From a virus (Duplodnaviria; Caudoviricetes): DNA of 64,000 nucleotides. The notes below the pieces were generated by a model that was given only the letters and a program-made list of their open reading frames with translations, did not search any database and had not been told where the DNA came from. Numbering within the stretch: the stretch's first letter is position 1; each line of letters opens with the position of its first letter. Shown here one piece after another: positions 1 through 8,683 of the stretch. Both the position numbers and the translations under genes were made by a program. The DNA is taken from IMG/VR virus record IMGVR_UViG_3300035661_000005; one strand, given 5' to 3'.

Positions 1-1
1 G

Positions 2-412
2 GGCGTCCAGTGGGCCGACAGCCCGCTCGATGAGCGGGTCGTGACCTACTCGACCGGGCTCTATGGGGGCTTCCTCATCTGGGGGTCCAACGAGCCCGGG
101 GACGACTTCACGGCGATGACCCGGAGTCAGCCCCACTACCGCTACGCCACGATGTTCTCGGGCGGCTGCCTGATCGGGACGACGAGCTACGAGCGGTACA
201 CCTACACGAGCCGCACGGGCCCGGGACCCCTTGTGCCCCTCACGTACTTGCCGAACGACGTCCTCTACCTGAGCCGCCGGGGTCTCTGGACCAACGAGGA
301 CGAGATGACCCCCGCGGGAGACCCCCTCGCGCCGGCCTTCTTCACAGGGTTCGTGGCGCAGATTCCCAAGCCCGCGAACGCTTACTACCTCCACATCCAG
401 ACCTCGATGTAG
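2..412 (+). CDS. Hypothetical protein, 5'-partial (probable structural protein)
   Basis: The frame is open from base 2 (GVQWADSPLDERVVTY...) to TAG at 410-412, so the track's GTG41 is probably internal. Codon usage is GC3-rich like its neighbours. Confidence 0.6.
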   Translation, partial: GVQWADSPLDERVVTYSTGLYGGFLIWGSNEPGDDFTAMTRSQPHYRYATMFSGGCLIGTTSYERYTYTSRTGPGPLVPLTYLPNDVLYLSRRGLWTNEDEMTPAGDPLAPAFFTGFVAQIPKPANAYYLHIQTSM

Positions 413-415
413 CCC

Positions 416-1396
416 ATGCCCGGTCCAGACCCTTCGCGGATGACAGCGGAAGAGGTGCTCGGCGAGATTCGCCAGCTCCGGGACAGCCTCCGCCGCGATG
501 CCCAGCGGCTCACGTCTCTGGGCCAAGTCCTCGCTCAGCGGGCCCGTCTTCAAGGGGGCCCCCACGGCCTCACCCCCGAGGAGGAGCCTGACCGGCCGAA
601 GCTCCTGGCGTGCGCCAGCGCCTGGTCCCGCACCGGGGGGATGGTGGACCAGGCCCTCGGCCGGGCGGCTATCTACGACCGGCTCCTCGTGCGGGGCCGT
701 GAGTATCGCCAGGAGGAGGCCCAGCGCCAGGCCGAGGCGGCGGCAAGACGGGCCCGGACCGAGGAGAGGCGGGCGGTGGCCCGTCCGTCCCCATTTGATG
801 ACCTTATGAGCCTTTACGGTGAGGAGCTGATCGATGCCCCCACGCCCTTACACCTCGGCCCGGCCCGTTCAGGCTGCCCTCGACCCCCACATGCGTCGGA
901 ACCACCCCCGGGTGGCGTCCCCTGTGCAGATGATGCCCCTGACCCCCCTGGAGCGTCGGGCTCGCCGCGAGGGTCTGGCAGGGAACACCCGCACGGCGAA
1001 CTACGCCGGGGGCATGGGCGGCTACACGAGTCTGGCCCAGAACGGGTCCTTCTTCTCCCCCCAGCTCTCGACCGACTTCCTGGAGCTGCCGCAGTCTCTC
1101 CGCGAGAAGCGGGAGATCTACCGGCACTTCTACAACTCCGAGCCCATCGTCGCGCAGTCGATCGACCTGCACACGGAGCTGCCGTTGTCGAAGGTGCGAC
1201 TGGCGGCCCCGAAGCCCATCTCGCACCCCGAGGGCTTCACGAGCCCCGAGCAGTACGGCAAGTACATCCTCTCCTTCTTCCAGAAGATGTCGAAGAAGGT
1301 CAAGCTGTTCCAGCGGCTGGCGACCATCGTCCGCCACTACTGGCTGGACGGCAACGTCGCCATCTTCGCCGAGGACCACCAGGTCCCGCTTCCTGA
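416..1396 (+). CDS. Hypothetical helical/coiled-coil protein; only the first ~140 aa look genuine
   Basis: ATG 3 nt after the previous stop. The N-terminal part is helical (EIRQLRDSLRRDAQRL; EEAQRQAEAAARRARTEE). The rest overlaps the portal gene out of frame and reads like a shadow frame. Confidence 0.5.
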   Translation: MPGPDPSRMTAEEVLGEIRQLRDSLRRDAQRLTSLGQVLAQRARLQGGPHGLTPEEEPDRPKLLACASAWSRTGGMVDQALGRAAIYDRLLVRGREYRQEEAQRQAEAAARRARTEERRAVARPSPFDDLMSLYGEELIDAPTPLHLGPARSGCPRPPHASEPPPGGVPCADDAPDPPGASGSPRGSGREHPHGELRRGHGRLHESGPERVLLLPPALDRLPGAAAVSPREAGDLPALLQLRAHRRAVDRPAHGAAVVEGATGGPEAHLAPRGLHEPRAVRQVHPLLLPEDVEEGQAVPAAGDHRPPLLAGRQRRHLRRGPPGPAS

Positions 1397-4208
1397 CGAC
1401 GTCGGCTACGAGCCCAAGAAGGTCCGCCGCAGCGTGGTTGACGAGCACGGGGCCCGCGAGGTCGACGACGTCGAGAGGGTGGAGAAGGACACCCGCGAGG
1501 AGGAGGAGGACGCCTACTACCGGAAGCACTACAAGGGGTGGGACCGGATCATCATTTTCCCGATCGACCAGGTCAAGGTCACGACCTTCGACTTCTCGGA
1601 CAAGATGCGGGTCGAGCTGATCCCCTCGGACCGGGATCGGGCCCTCATCCAGCAGGCGAAGATGGGCGACCCCATTGCGTCGGAGATGGTCGAGGAGATC
1701 CCTGCCGAGATCCGGGACTACATCGAGAACGGGCACCTGATCCCCCTCGGCGACGACCCGGACGAGGGGTCCTTCGTCCACATGCTCTCGGCCCGGAAGG
1801 GTGCGGGGGACGAGCTGGGCCAGTCCATCCTCGACCGCTGCCACATCGCAGGCACCCCGGTTCTCGTGAAACGGGACGGGGTGGTTCGGCAAGTCCACAT
1901 CGAGGATCTCGATCCCGACACGGATCGAGTGCTTTCGCACACGGGGGCGTGGCGTGAGTTCGAGGTCGGTGTCCGTCCCGTGGCGGAGGAGATCGCGCTT
2001 CTTCACGTCGCCAAGATCGAGCCGCCAGTGGGCTGCACGAAGGACCACAAGTACCCCGTGCTTCGCGACGGGTCCGTGGTCGAGCTTCCTGCGGAGGACA
2101 TCCGGGCTGGGGATTACCTTCAGGTCGCGCAGGTCCCGCTTTCTGGTTCGTTGGTTGGGGGCGTCGATCTCGCGGAGTTCATGCACGGGGTCGAGGCCGA
2201 CTACCGTGCCCGTCGCTCTGGAGGTACCTCAGACCTTCGCTGGGAGGTCGTGGACCGGACGACGCACTCGTTCACGGTCAGGTATGAGAAGGAACAGACG
2301 GACCCTCGAAAGGTCGGTCGCACCAACGACCTCAACGTCATCCTCGAATGGGCATCGACGCTCACGGAGCCCGTGGCGATGCGTTCGGCCGAAGTCTGCG
2401 AACGCTTCGGCCTTCATCCGGTCACGCTCAAGGAGATCCGGTCCCAACTCGTGTCGCTCGGGTACGGGGTGACGGTCGCCAAGGACAAGACCCTCAACTT
2501 CCCGCCCAACAAGTCCGGCTTGAAAGCCCCGACGAGCGCCGCCCACACCAAGACCTTCCCCATGCGGGTGCTCCCGCTGGTTGCAGGTTTCGGGTACTTC
2601 CTCGGTTTCTGGCTCGGGGACGGGCACATCACGAAGCACGAGGGGCTCGACTACGGTACGCTCGGGTTCACCTACGGCCCCAACGAGCCCGCGTCCGTTA
2701 AGGCGATCCAAGAGCAGATCAAGCCGATGCTCGACGTGCTCAAGGTCGTGTGGTCGGAGAGCCATGCTGGGGCTGGGGTCCACATGGACGGCTACCAGGA
2801 CGCTCTCGTGCGTTGGATGGCCGCAAATTTCGGGCACACGAGCGAGGACAAACACCTGCCCGCGTGGGTCTTCGACGCCAACAAGGGGTTCTTGCTCGGT
2901 CTCCTTCGAGGTTTCTGTGACTCCGATGGGGATGTCGTCCGCAAGAAAGACGGGAGCATCTGCGTCCGGTTCAACGGTACGAACCATGTGCTTATGGATC
3001 AGATTTTCTTGCTCTGCACGTCCCTCGGCATCCCGGTCTCCAAGACGAAGCCTACGAAGGAACGTTGGGTCAGGCAGGCGAACGGAGAGAGGGCTTGGGC
3101 GAAGCCCTTGCACTCCGTTCACTTTACGCATGGTCCTTCCGTCAAGACGTTCTTCGAGTCGGGTTTCCTTGCCAAGCGGCAAGATCCTGACGAGTGGAAG
3201 GACGGGCGCTCGGGGTCACGGCACGTCGAGCACGAGGGGAAGCTCTTCTACCGGGTGCAATCGGTCTCGACGGCCATGCACGAGGGGCCGGTCTACAGCC
3301 TCAACGTCCACGAAGACCACTCGTTTTTCGCTGGACTTTCGCGTACTTCCAACTGCCTTCGCACCCTGTACTACCGGGAGAAGCTCCGCCAGGCGCAGAC
3401 CCAGATCGCCAGCCGGGCGATGACCCCGAAGCGGATCATCTGGGCCGACGACCTCAGCGAAAACGACGTCGAGGCCCTTCGCGATCAGGTGGACTACGCC
3501 CTCGTCGACCCCGACTACTCGATCATCGTCAACTACGAGCTGCACTGGGAGGAGATGGGGAGCCGCGACAGGCTCCTCGACCTGTCCTCGGAGTACGAGA
3601 TCACGGAGCGCCACCTGCGCACCGGCCTGGGCGTGACCGAGAGCCTTCTCTCGGGCGAGACCCTCTACTCGGGCGACCGGCTCAAGCTCGAAGTGATCAA
3701 CCAGCGCTACCTGTTTCTGCGGGAGATCTTGCAGGAGTACGTCGAGGAGTACCTGTTCAAGCCCGTGGCCCGGCGCAAGGGCTTCATCGAACTCGACGAG
3801 TGGGGCGAGGAAGTGGTCCTCTACCCGTCCCTCAGCTTCACCCGCCTGCCGCTCCGGGACAGCCAGGACACGTTCGACGCGCTGTTCAACCTGTACCAGA
3901 AGGGGTCGGTCTCGATCGACGTCATCCTGGAGATGTTCAACATCGACCCGCACGACACCCGGCAGAAGCTCGAAAAGGATATGTTCACCGTCAACGACGC
4001 CACCTTCAACGAGGTGACGCGGGCCATCTACGGTGAAGTGGGCCGGATGCTCGCCGAGGGGTCGGACGTCAAGGAGAAGATCGCCACGAGCCTCGGTCTC
4101 ACCTTGACCCCCCCGCCGGCCGAGGGGGAGGACAGCAACCGCTTTGCCTCGACGAAGCCCCGGCCAAAGGCGGTCCCCTTTCCCCCGCCCCAGTCCCGCC
4201 GCGCCTAA
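834..4208 (+). CDS. Phage portal protein containing an intein (~619 aa after splicing)
   Basis: SD GAGGAG before ATG834. Portal-like motifs REIYRHFY..PIV..SIDLHTELPL, YWLDGN, LREILQEYVEEYLFKPV and LYQKGSVSIDVILEMFNID. Position at the front of the head module (protease, scaffold and capsid follow). Confidence 0.8.
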   Translation: MPPRPYTSARPVQAALDPHMRRNHPRVASPVQMMPLTPLERRARREGLAGNTRTANYAGGMGGYTSLAQNGSFFSPQLSTDFLELPQSLREKREIYRHFYNSEPIVAQSIDLHTELPLSKVRLAAPKPISHPEGFTSPEQYGKYILSFFQKMSKKVKLFQRLATIVRHYWLDGNVAIFAEDHQVPLPDDVGYEPKKVRRSVVDEHGAREVDDVERVEKDTREEEEDAYYRKHYKGWDRIIIFPIDQVKVTTFDFSDKMRVELIPSDRDRALIQQAKMGDPIASEMVEEIPAEIRDYIENGHLIPLGDDPDEGSFVHMLSARKGAGDELGQSILDRCHIAGTPVLVKRDGVVRQVHIEDLDPDTDRVLSHTGAWREFEVGVRPVAEEIALLHVAKIEPPVGCTKDHKYPVLRDGSVVELPAEDIRAGDYLQVAQVPLSGSLVGGVDLAEFMHGVEADYRARRSGGTSDLRWEVVDRTTHSFTVRYEKEQTDPRKVGRTNDLNVILEWASTLTEPVAMRSAEVCERFGLHPVTLKEIRSQLVSLGYGVTVAKDKTLNFPPNKSGLKAPTSAAHTKTFPMRVLPLVAGFGYFLGFWLGDGHITKHEGLDYGTLGFTYGPNEPASVKAIQEQIKPMLDVLKVVWSESHAGAGVHMDGYQDALVRWMAANFGHTSEDKHLPAWVFDANKGFLLGLLRGFCDSDGDVVRKKDGSICVRFNGTNHVLMDQIFLLCTSLGIPVSKTKPTKERWVRQANGERAWAKPLHSVHFTHGPSVKTFFESGFLAKRQDPDEWKDGRSGSRHVEHEGKLFYRVQSVSTAMHEGPVYSLNVHEDHSFFAGLSRTSNCLRTLYYREKLRQAQTQIASRAMTPKRIIWADDLSENDVEALRDQVDYALVDPDYSIIVNYELHWEEMGSRDRLLDLSSEYEITERHLRTGLGVTESLLSGETLYSGDRLKLEVINQRYLFLREILQEYVEEYLFKPVARRKGFIELDEWGEEVVLYPSLSFTRLPLRDSQDTFDALFNLYQKGSVSIDVILEMFNIDPHDTRQKLEKDMFTVNDATFNEVTRAIYGEVGRMLAEGSDVKEKIATSLGLTLTPPPAEGEDSNRFASTKPRPKAVPFPPPQSRRA
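1839..3353 (+). mobile_element. Intein (505 aa) with LAGLIDADG homing endonuclease, in the portal
   Basis: Block A C(1)HIAGTPVLV. Block B CTKDHKYPV. LAGLIDADG motifs YFLGFWLGDG and LLRGFCDSDG. C-terminal VYSLNVHEDHSFFAGLSRTSN followed by +1 Cys. The exteins rejoin as SILDR|CLRTL. Confidence 0.92.
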
Positions 4209-4217
4209 CCCTTCTAT
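4207..4217 (+). promoter_or_regulatory. Putative late-promoter motif AACCCTTCTAT
   Basis: Matches the WWYYYYYYTRT consensus and lies 15 nt before GTG4233 (SD GGAGG). Confidence 0.55.
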
Positions 4218-4232
4218 CCCCCCGCCGGAGGT

Positions 4233-7200
4233 GTGCGCGACATCGGGGCCACCAAGGACACTCACGAGCGGGAAGAGGCGGAGGCCGAGCGGCTGGTGCG
4301 CCCAGCGCCCAAGGTCAAGCCTCCCCGTGACGACGCGAAGCGGGAGCACATTCGGCCCGAGCGGGACCCCGACACGGACGGGGACAAGGACACCAAGACG
4401 GACCCCGACATGAGCCTGAACCGCAAGAAGGTCGCGGGCTCCATGGCGGAGCGTCTGGCGGCGGAGTGGGTCCGCGTCCGCAACAAGACCAAGGACGAGG
4501 TCCCCCGCGTCCACCCCGACACGCTCCGGGACGACCCAGACCTCTACGAGAAGGTCCCCGACAACGAGCCCCATCGGGATGACGGCATCCGGCCCCCGCG
4601 CAAGCTCCCCCGCGTCCACAAGCCCCACTGCCACAAGGACCCCCTCCCTCACCCGAAGTGGCCCGACCCGCGTCCCCAGCCCAAGGCGGCTCCTCGTCCC
4701 CCCATGCCCCCGGAGACGCCCAAGACGCCCGAGCCCGAGAAGCAGCCCAAGGTCAAGCCCCCGGGGTGGGTGCGGGAGCGTCGCAACCTCAAGGCGGCCC
4801 TGGTGGGGCGCTGGCTGCGGCAGGCGGCCGAGGAGGGGGAGGAGGACCTCGTCACCGTCCGGCGCAAGGAGGACGGCAAGGTGGTGCGGGTCAAGCCCGA
4901 CACCCTCAAGGAGACCCCGAGCGCTTACGAGCCGATCGACGAGGACGAGGAGGGCGACGAGGGGGAGGAGGACCTCGTCACCGTCCGGCGCAAGGAGGAC
5001 GGCAAGGTGGTGCGGATCAAGCCCGACACCCTCAAGGAGACCCCGAGCGCTTACGAGCCGATCGACGAGGACGAGGAGGGCGACGAGGGCGAGGATGAGG
5101 GGCCCGAGGACGCCCCGCCCGAGGAGCCCGAGAAGCCCTCCCCCAAGGATGACGCGAAGCCGGACAAGCCCCCGTCGGCGAGCCCGAAGGAGCTGTACGA
5201 GCGCGGGGAGCACATCCGCAACTTGCTCAAGGGGGACCCTGCCATGGAGTCCCGGTTCAAGGGTCTGAACGACCCGACGAACCCCTTGCGGGTCATCTCG
5301 GACAAGGTCCCGGCCGGGGCCCTCCTCGGGGGGGCCAAGATCCAGGGCATCGAGACCGTGTCGGACATCATCGAGGCCCTGGCGGTCCCGAAGCCCCCGC
5401 CCGAGGCCAAGCCCAAGCCCAAGCCCGAGCCCGAGGACGAAGATGCCGGAGGGGGGGACGGCAAGTCACCCAAGGGCAAGCCGAACCGGCCGGCGGTGAC
5501 CCGCCCCCCAGCCACACCCGAGGACAAGGCCCGGGCCCAGCGGGTGCTCATCGAGCGCCTCGGGCCCCACCAGGCCAGGAAGCTGCTCAAGTCGGGCCTG
5601 CATCCGCACGACGCCGAGACGGTGGCGGCGGCCTTCGACGTGGCGAAGCGGCGTGAGGTGCGGCCCTCGGACCTCGACGACTACGTCGACAAGTCCAAGG
5701 CATTCTTCCAGACCGACCCCGACAAGGTGGGTCCCCCGTCGCAGGGCAAGGACGCCAAGGGCGTCGTGAAGCCCTACAAGGAACTCACCCCCAAGGAGCA
5801 GGGGGAGGCATGGCAGGACCACCGCAACAAGGTGGTGGCCATGAGCCTCGCCGTGCGCCGGCAGGTCTTCGACAGCTACAAGCGCATGGGTGCCCCCAAG
5901 GCGCTCGCTCAGGCCATGGTGACGGCCCGGCTGGGCGGGGAGAAGGGTCTCGCGGACAAGGTCTTCTCGAAGGCCATGGCGGACCCTGACAACGGGATGT
6001 CTCCGGGCAAGGCGAAGCACCTGTTCGACAACGTGAAGGACCCGGCCACGCGGGAGGTGGCGGCGGCCTACCTCCAGGGGCGGTCGTACCAGGACGCGCT
6101 CCACACGTACCTCGACCCGTCCTCATCCAAGGCGTTCCACGAGCGGATGCCCGCGGGGCAGATCGCCGGCCGTCTCACGGAGGCCACGGGCTTTCTGCGC
6201 GGCCGGGACAAGGAGCTGCCCGAGGACGTGCCGAAGAGGAACCTGGGCCGGCTCTTCCGCACTCGGATCTACAACCGCCTCGCGGGCATGAACGCCAAGA
6301 AGGCGGACAAGCTCCTACCCTACCTCGACACGCTCGACGCCGAGGACTACCGCACCGACAAGAAGGCGTGGAAGAAGCAGCACAAGGGCTGGACCCAGGA
6401 GACGAAGGCCCGGGAGAAGAAGCGCCAGAAGCTCAAGGCGGAGGCCGACCGGGAGGCGGAGGCGTGGAAGGCCGGGGACCCGGCGAAGCGGAGCAAGGAC
6501 CCGCCCTTGCCGTTCGAGGAGCGTATCCGCCAGGCGAAACTGGACAAGAAGGATGACCCGGCCGAGCCCCCGAAGCCGCTCAAGCCCCCGCGGTACGAGT
6601 GGCGCCCGAAGTCCCAGGCGGAGGCCGAGAAGGACTCGAAGGACCTCTTCGACGACCTCGTGAAGAGCCTCGGGGGGGAGGGGAAGGAGCCGAAGACGAA
6701 GACGGCCTGTCTTCTTCTCGGTCGGACCCTTGCACTTTCTTCTTGTACCCCGCGGGTGACGATGACGCGCATCGATCGGACGGCGGTCTACTGGGGCGTG
6801 GACCCCTACCCCGAGGACCCGTCTCAGCCCCCCTACGCCTACCAGGGTTGGGAGCAGGCTCGCGCCCGGGACATGGGCGAGTCGGACTTCCAGGCGATCC
6901 TGACGGCCGCCAAGGAGCGGCTCCGGTCGCCCCCGCTGTCCCCCGTCCCCGAGGGGATGGTGCCGGACGCCCGCTACCGTGCGGCGCTCGACCTGGCCAT
7001 CCGGGAGACCGGTGGGGGTCGCTACTCGGTCGGGGTTCACCCGACGATCTACAACACGCTCCTCGCCCGGCTCGCACAGGTGCGGGACCCCGGCACCTTG
7101 CAGACCCTCAGGGAAGCGAGTGAATCCTCTTATCCCCCCGTTCAGGAGAAGACCATGAAGCCCTCCATCCGTCTCCGCGCGTTCGCCCAGAAGTTCGCCT

Positions 7201-7493
7201 CCGACCAGCCCGCCCTCGCCTACGACCTCATCGAGCTGGCGGACAAGTTCGCCGAGGACGAGCAGGCCCAGCAAGACCAGCAGGGTCAGGGTCAGCAGAA
7301 GCAGGGTGGCGAGATGCCCCCGGCGCTCAAGAAGCACATGGAGGAGAAGGCGGAGGGCAAGGGCGACCAGGACCAGGGCCAGGACAAGCAGGCGTACATC
7401 GCCCTCAAGACCGAGATCGTCAAGGTCGCCCACGAGAACCCCGCGATCCGCGCCGCCCTCCTGCCGGCCCTCAAGCGGATCAAGCAGGGCTGA
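4233..7493 (+). CDS. Large low-complexity charged protein; putative internal head polyprotein with nested in-frame starts at 6762 and 7155
   Basis: Lys/Glu/Pro-rich, in the head module, with many [KR]-x-A motifs. Ends in the amphipathic motif IALKTEIVKVAHENPAIRAALLPAL. Confidence 0.7.
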   Translation: MRDIGATKDTHEREEAEAERLVRPAPKVKPPRDDAKREHIRPERDPDTDGDKDTKTDPDMSLNRKKVAGSMAERLAAEWVRVRNKTKDEVPRVHPDTLRDDPDLYEKVPDNEPHRDDGIRPPRKLPRVHKPHCHKDPLPHPKWPDPRPQPKAAPRPPMPPETPKTPEPEKQPKVKPPGWVRERRNLKAALVGRWLRQAAEEGEEDLVTVRRKEDGKVVRVKPDTLKETPSAYEPIDEDEEGDEGEEDLVTVRRKEDGKVVRIKPDTLKETPSAYEPIDEDEEGDEGEDEGPEDAPPEEPEKPSPKDDAKPDKPPSASPKELYERGEHIRNLLKGDPAMESRFKGLNDPTNPLRVISDKVPAGALLGGAKIQGIETVSDIIEALAVPKPPPEAKPKPKPEPEDEDAGGGDGKSPKGKPNRPAVTRPPATPEDKARAQRVLIERLGPHQARKLLKSGLHPHDAETVAAAFDVAKRREVRPSDLDDYVDKSKAFFQTDPDKVGPPSQGKDAKGVVKPYKELTPKEQGEAWQDHRNKVVAMSLAVRRQVFDSYKRMGAPKALAQAMVTARLGGEKGLADKVFSKAMADPDNGMSPGKAKHLFDNVKDPATREVAAAYLQGRSYQDALHTYLDPSSSKAFHERMPAGQIAGRLTEATGFLRGRDKELPEDVPKRNLGRLFRTRIYNRLAGMNAKKADKLLPYLDTLDAEDYRTDKKAWKKQHKGWTQETKAREKKRQKLKAEADREAEAWKAGDPAKRSKDPPLPFEERIRQAKLDKKDDPAEPPKPLKPPRYEWRPKSQAEAEKDSKDLFDDLVKSLGGEGKEPKTKTACLLLGRTLALSSCTPRVTMTRIDRTAVYWGVDPYPEDPSQPPYAYQGWEQARARDMGESDFQAILTAAKERLRSPPLSPVPEGMVPDARYRAALDLAIRETGGGRYSVGVHPTIYNTLLARLAQVRDPGTLQTLREASESSYPPVQEKTMKPSIRLRAFAQKFASDQPALAYDLIELADKFAEDEQAQQDQQGQGQQKQGGEMPPALKKHMEEKAEGKGDQDQGQDKQAYIALKTEIVKVAHENPAIRAALLPALKRIKQG
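4833..5089 (+). repeat. In-frame 126-bp (42-aa) tandem duplication
   Basis: Copies start at 4833 and 4959. The unit is EGEEDLVTVRRKEDGKVVR(V/I)KPDTLKETPSAYEPIDEDEEGD, and I saw one substitution (GTC/ATC). Confidence 0.95.
6736..6746 (+). promoter_or_regulatory. Putative late-promoter motif TTTCTTCTTGT, intragenic
   Basis: Consensus match inside ORF 4233-7493, 15 nt before in-frame ATG6762. Confidence 0.5.
7123..7133 (+). promoter_or_regulatory. Putative late-promoter motif AATCCTCTTAT, intragenic
   Basis: Best-consensus match, followed by SD AGGAG (7144-7148) and in-frame ATG7155. Confidence 0.6.
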
Positions 7494-7528
7494 ACCCTCC
7501 CCCCGACTTGCACCGAAGGAACACGATC

Positions 7529-7966
7529 ATGCCGATCAAGATCGCAAAGGAAGACGCCCAGTCCCTGCTCCCCCGCCTCGACAAGATGGCCGGGTACATC
7601 CAGGCCAACTACAAGGCGTGGGGCTGCCCGGAAGCCGCCGCTCGTGACATGGTGGCCACGCTCGACAAGCTGGCCGACGAGATCGAGGTCGGGGCCTTCG
7701 GGGCCGAGTCCTTCCAGATCCGTCAGGTGGCCGAGGTGGTCGGGGAGACCGCGGCCTCCAAGGTCGCCTCCGATCTGGCCCAGCGCCGGGCGCAGGTGAT
7801 CCAGCAGGACAAGAACGAGTCCTACATGGGCACGTTCCGCAACCCGATGGCTCCCGTGCAGACCGAGGCCGACGAGCCCTACATGCGCCTCTACGGCGAC
7901 GACCAGTCGAGCGCCGTGATTCACGGCGAGTCGACGTCGGGCCGCGACCTCGCCCCGGGGCACTGA
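7529..7966 (+). CDS. Hypothetical head-module protein
   Basis: SD GAAGGA before ATG7529. Helical, with KIA/KLA/KVA motifs. Confidence 0.7.
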   Translation: MPIKIAKEDAQSLLPRLDKMAGYIQANYKAWGCPEAAARDMVATLDKLADEIEVGAFGAESFQIRQVAEVVGETAASKVASDLAQRRAQVIQQDKNESYMGTFRNPMAPVQTEADEPYMRLYGDDQSSAVIHGESTSGRDLAPGH

Positions 7967-7969
7967 ACC

Positions 7970-8680
7970 GTGATCGACTACTGGAAGCTCACCAAGGACT
8001 TCTCGCCGGGCGATAGCGTCCAGAAGTTCATGCCCGGGGACCCCGGGGGCCTGTCGCCCTTCGTGGGCCGCGTCACGGAGGTCCTGCGGGGTCTCGGGTA
8101 TGTGGACGTCCAGTGGCCCTTCGGGGTGGAGCGGGTGCTCCCCGACGAGGTGGTGCGGATCAACCCCGACCTCCAGCGCTACCTGCCGCCCACCCTGAAC
8201 CAGAGCTATTCGAGCTACGACACCCGGCTGGCGTCCGGGGCCAAGCTGTGGCGCACGGTGGAGGTCCCCCAGGGCTTCCACCGTGACCTCGCCCGGCTCT
8301 GGGCCAAGGGCGCCTCGGACGTCATGGCTTACGACGAGCTGTGGACGAGGCACACCCCCCTCGGCGCCGACGACGAGGCGATCAAGGACGAGGTGTCGAA
8401 GTTCTACCTGGCAGCCGCCAACCTGGACGAGCTGCGCCTCCGCACCCACGCCCACAAGACGGCGGCCTACTGGGCGGCACAGAACCGGCAGTACCGGGTC
8501 ACCTCGGACGAGGTCAACGCCCGCAAGCCCTCGTGCCCCAAGTGCGGGACCCGGATGCGGAAGACCACGTACAAGATGGACCAGGGGGCGAGGGTGCGCC
8601 TGTGGGGATGCCCGAAGGACCTCACCTTGATCAAGACGACGGACCTCCTCGGACCCGGCGGCGAGCCGGTGGAGTGGTGA
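7970..8680 (+). CDS. Hypothetical protein with an N-terminal SH3-like barrel and a C-terminal Cys ribbon
   Basis: FSPGDSVQK...FVGRVTEV..GLGYVDVQWPFGVERV resembles an SH3/KOW-like barrel. CPKCG...WGCP may be a Zn ribbon. RLAS and KTAA separate the two parts. Confidence 0.6.
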   Translation: MIDYWKLTKDFSPGDSVQKFMPGDPGGLSPFVGRVTEVLRGLGYVDVQWPFGVERVLPDEVVRINPDLQRYLPPTLNQSYSSYDTRLASGAKLWRTVEVPQGFHRDLARLWAKGASDVMAYDELWTRHTPLGADDEAIKDEVSKFYLAAANLDELRLRTHAHKTAAYWAAQNRQYRVTSDEVNARKPSCPKCGTRMRKTTYKMDQGARVRLWGCPKDLTLIKTTDLLGPGGEPVEW

Positions 8681-8683
8681 ACC

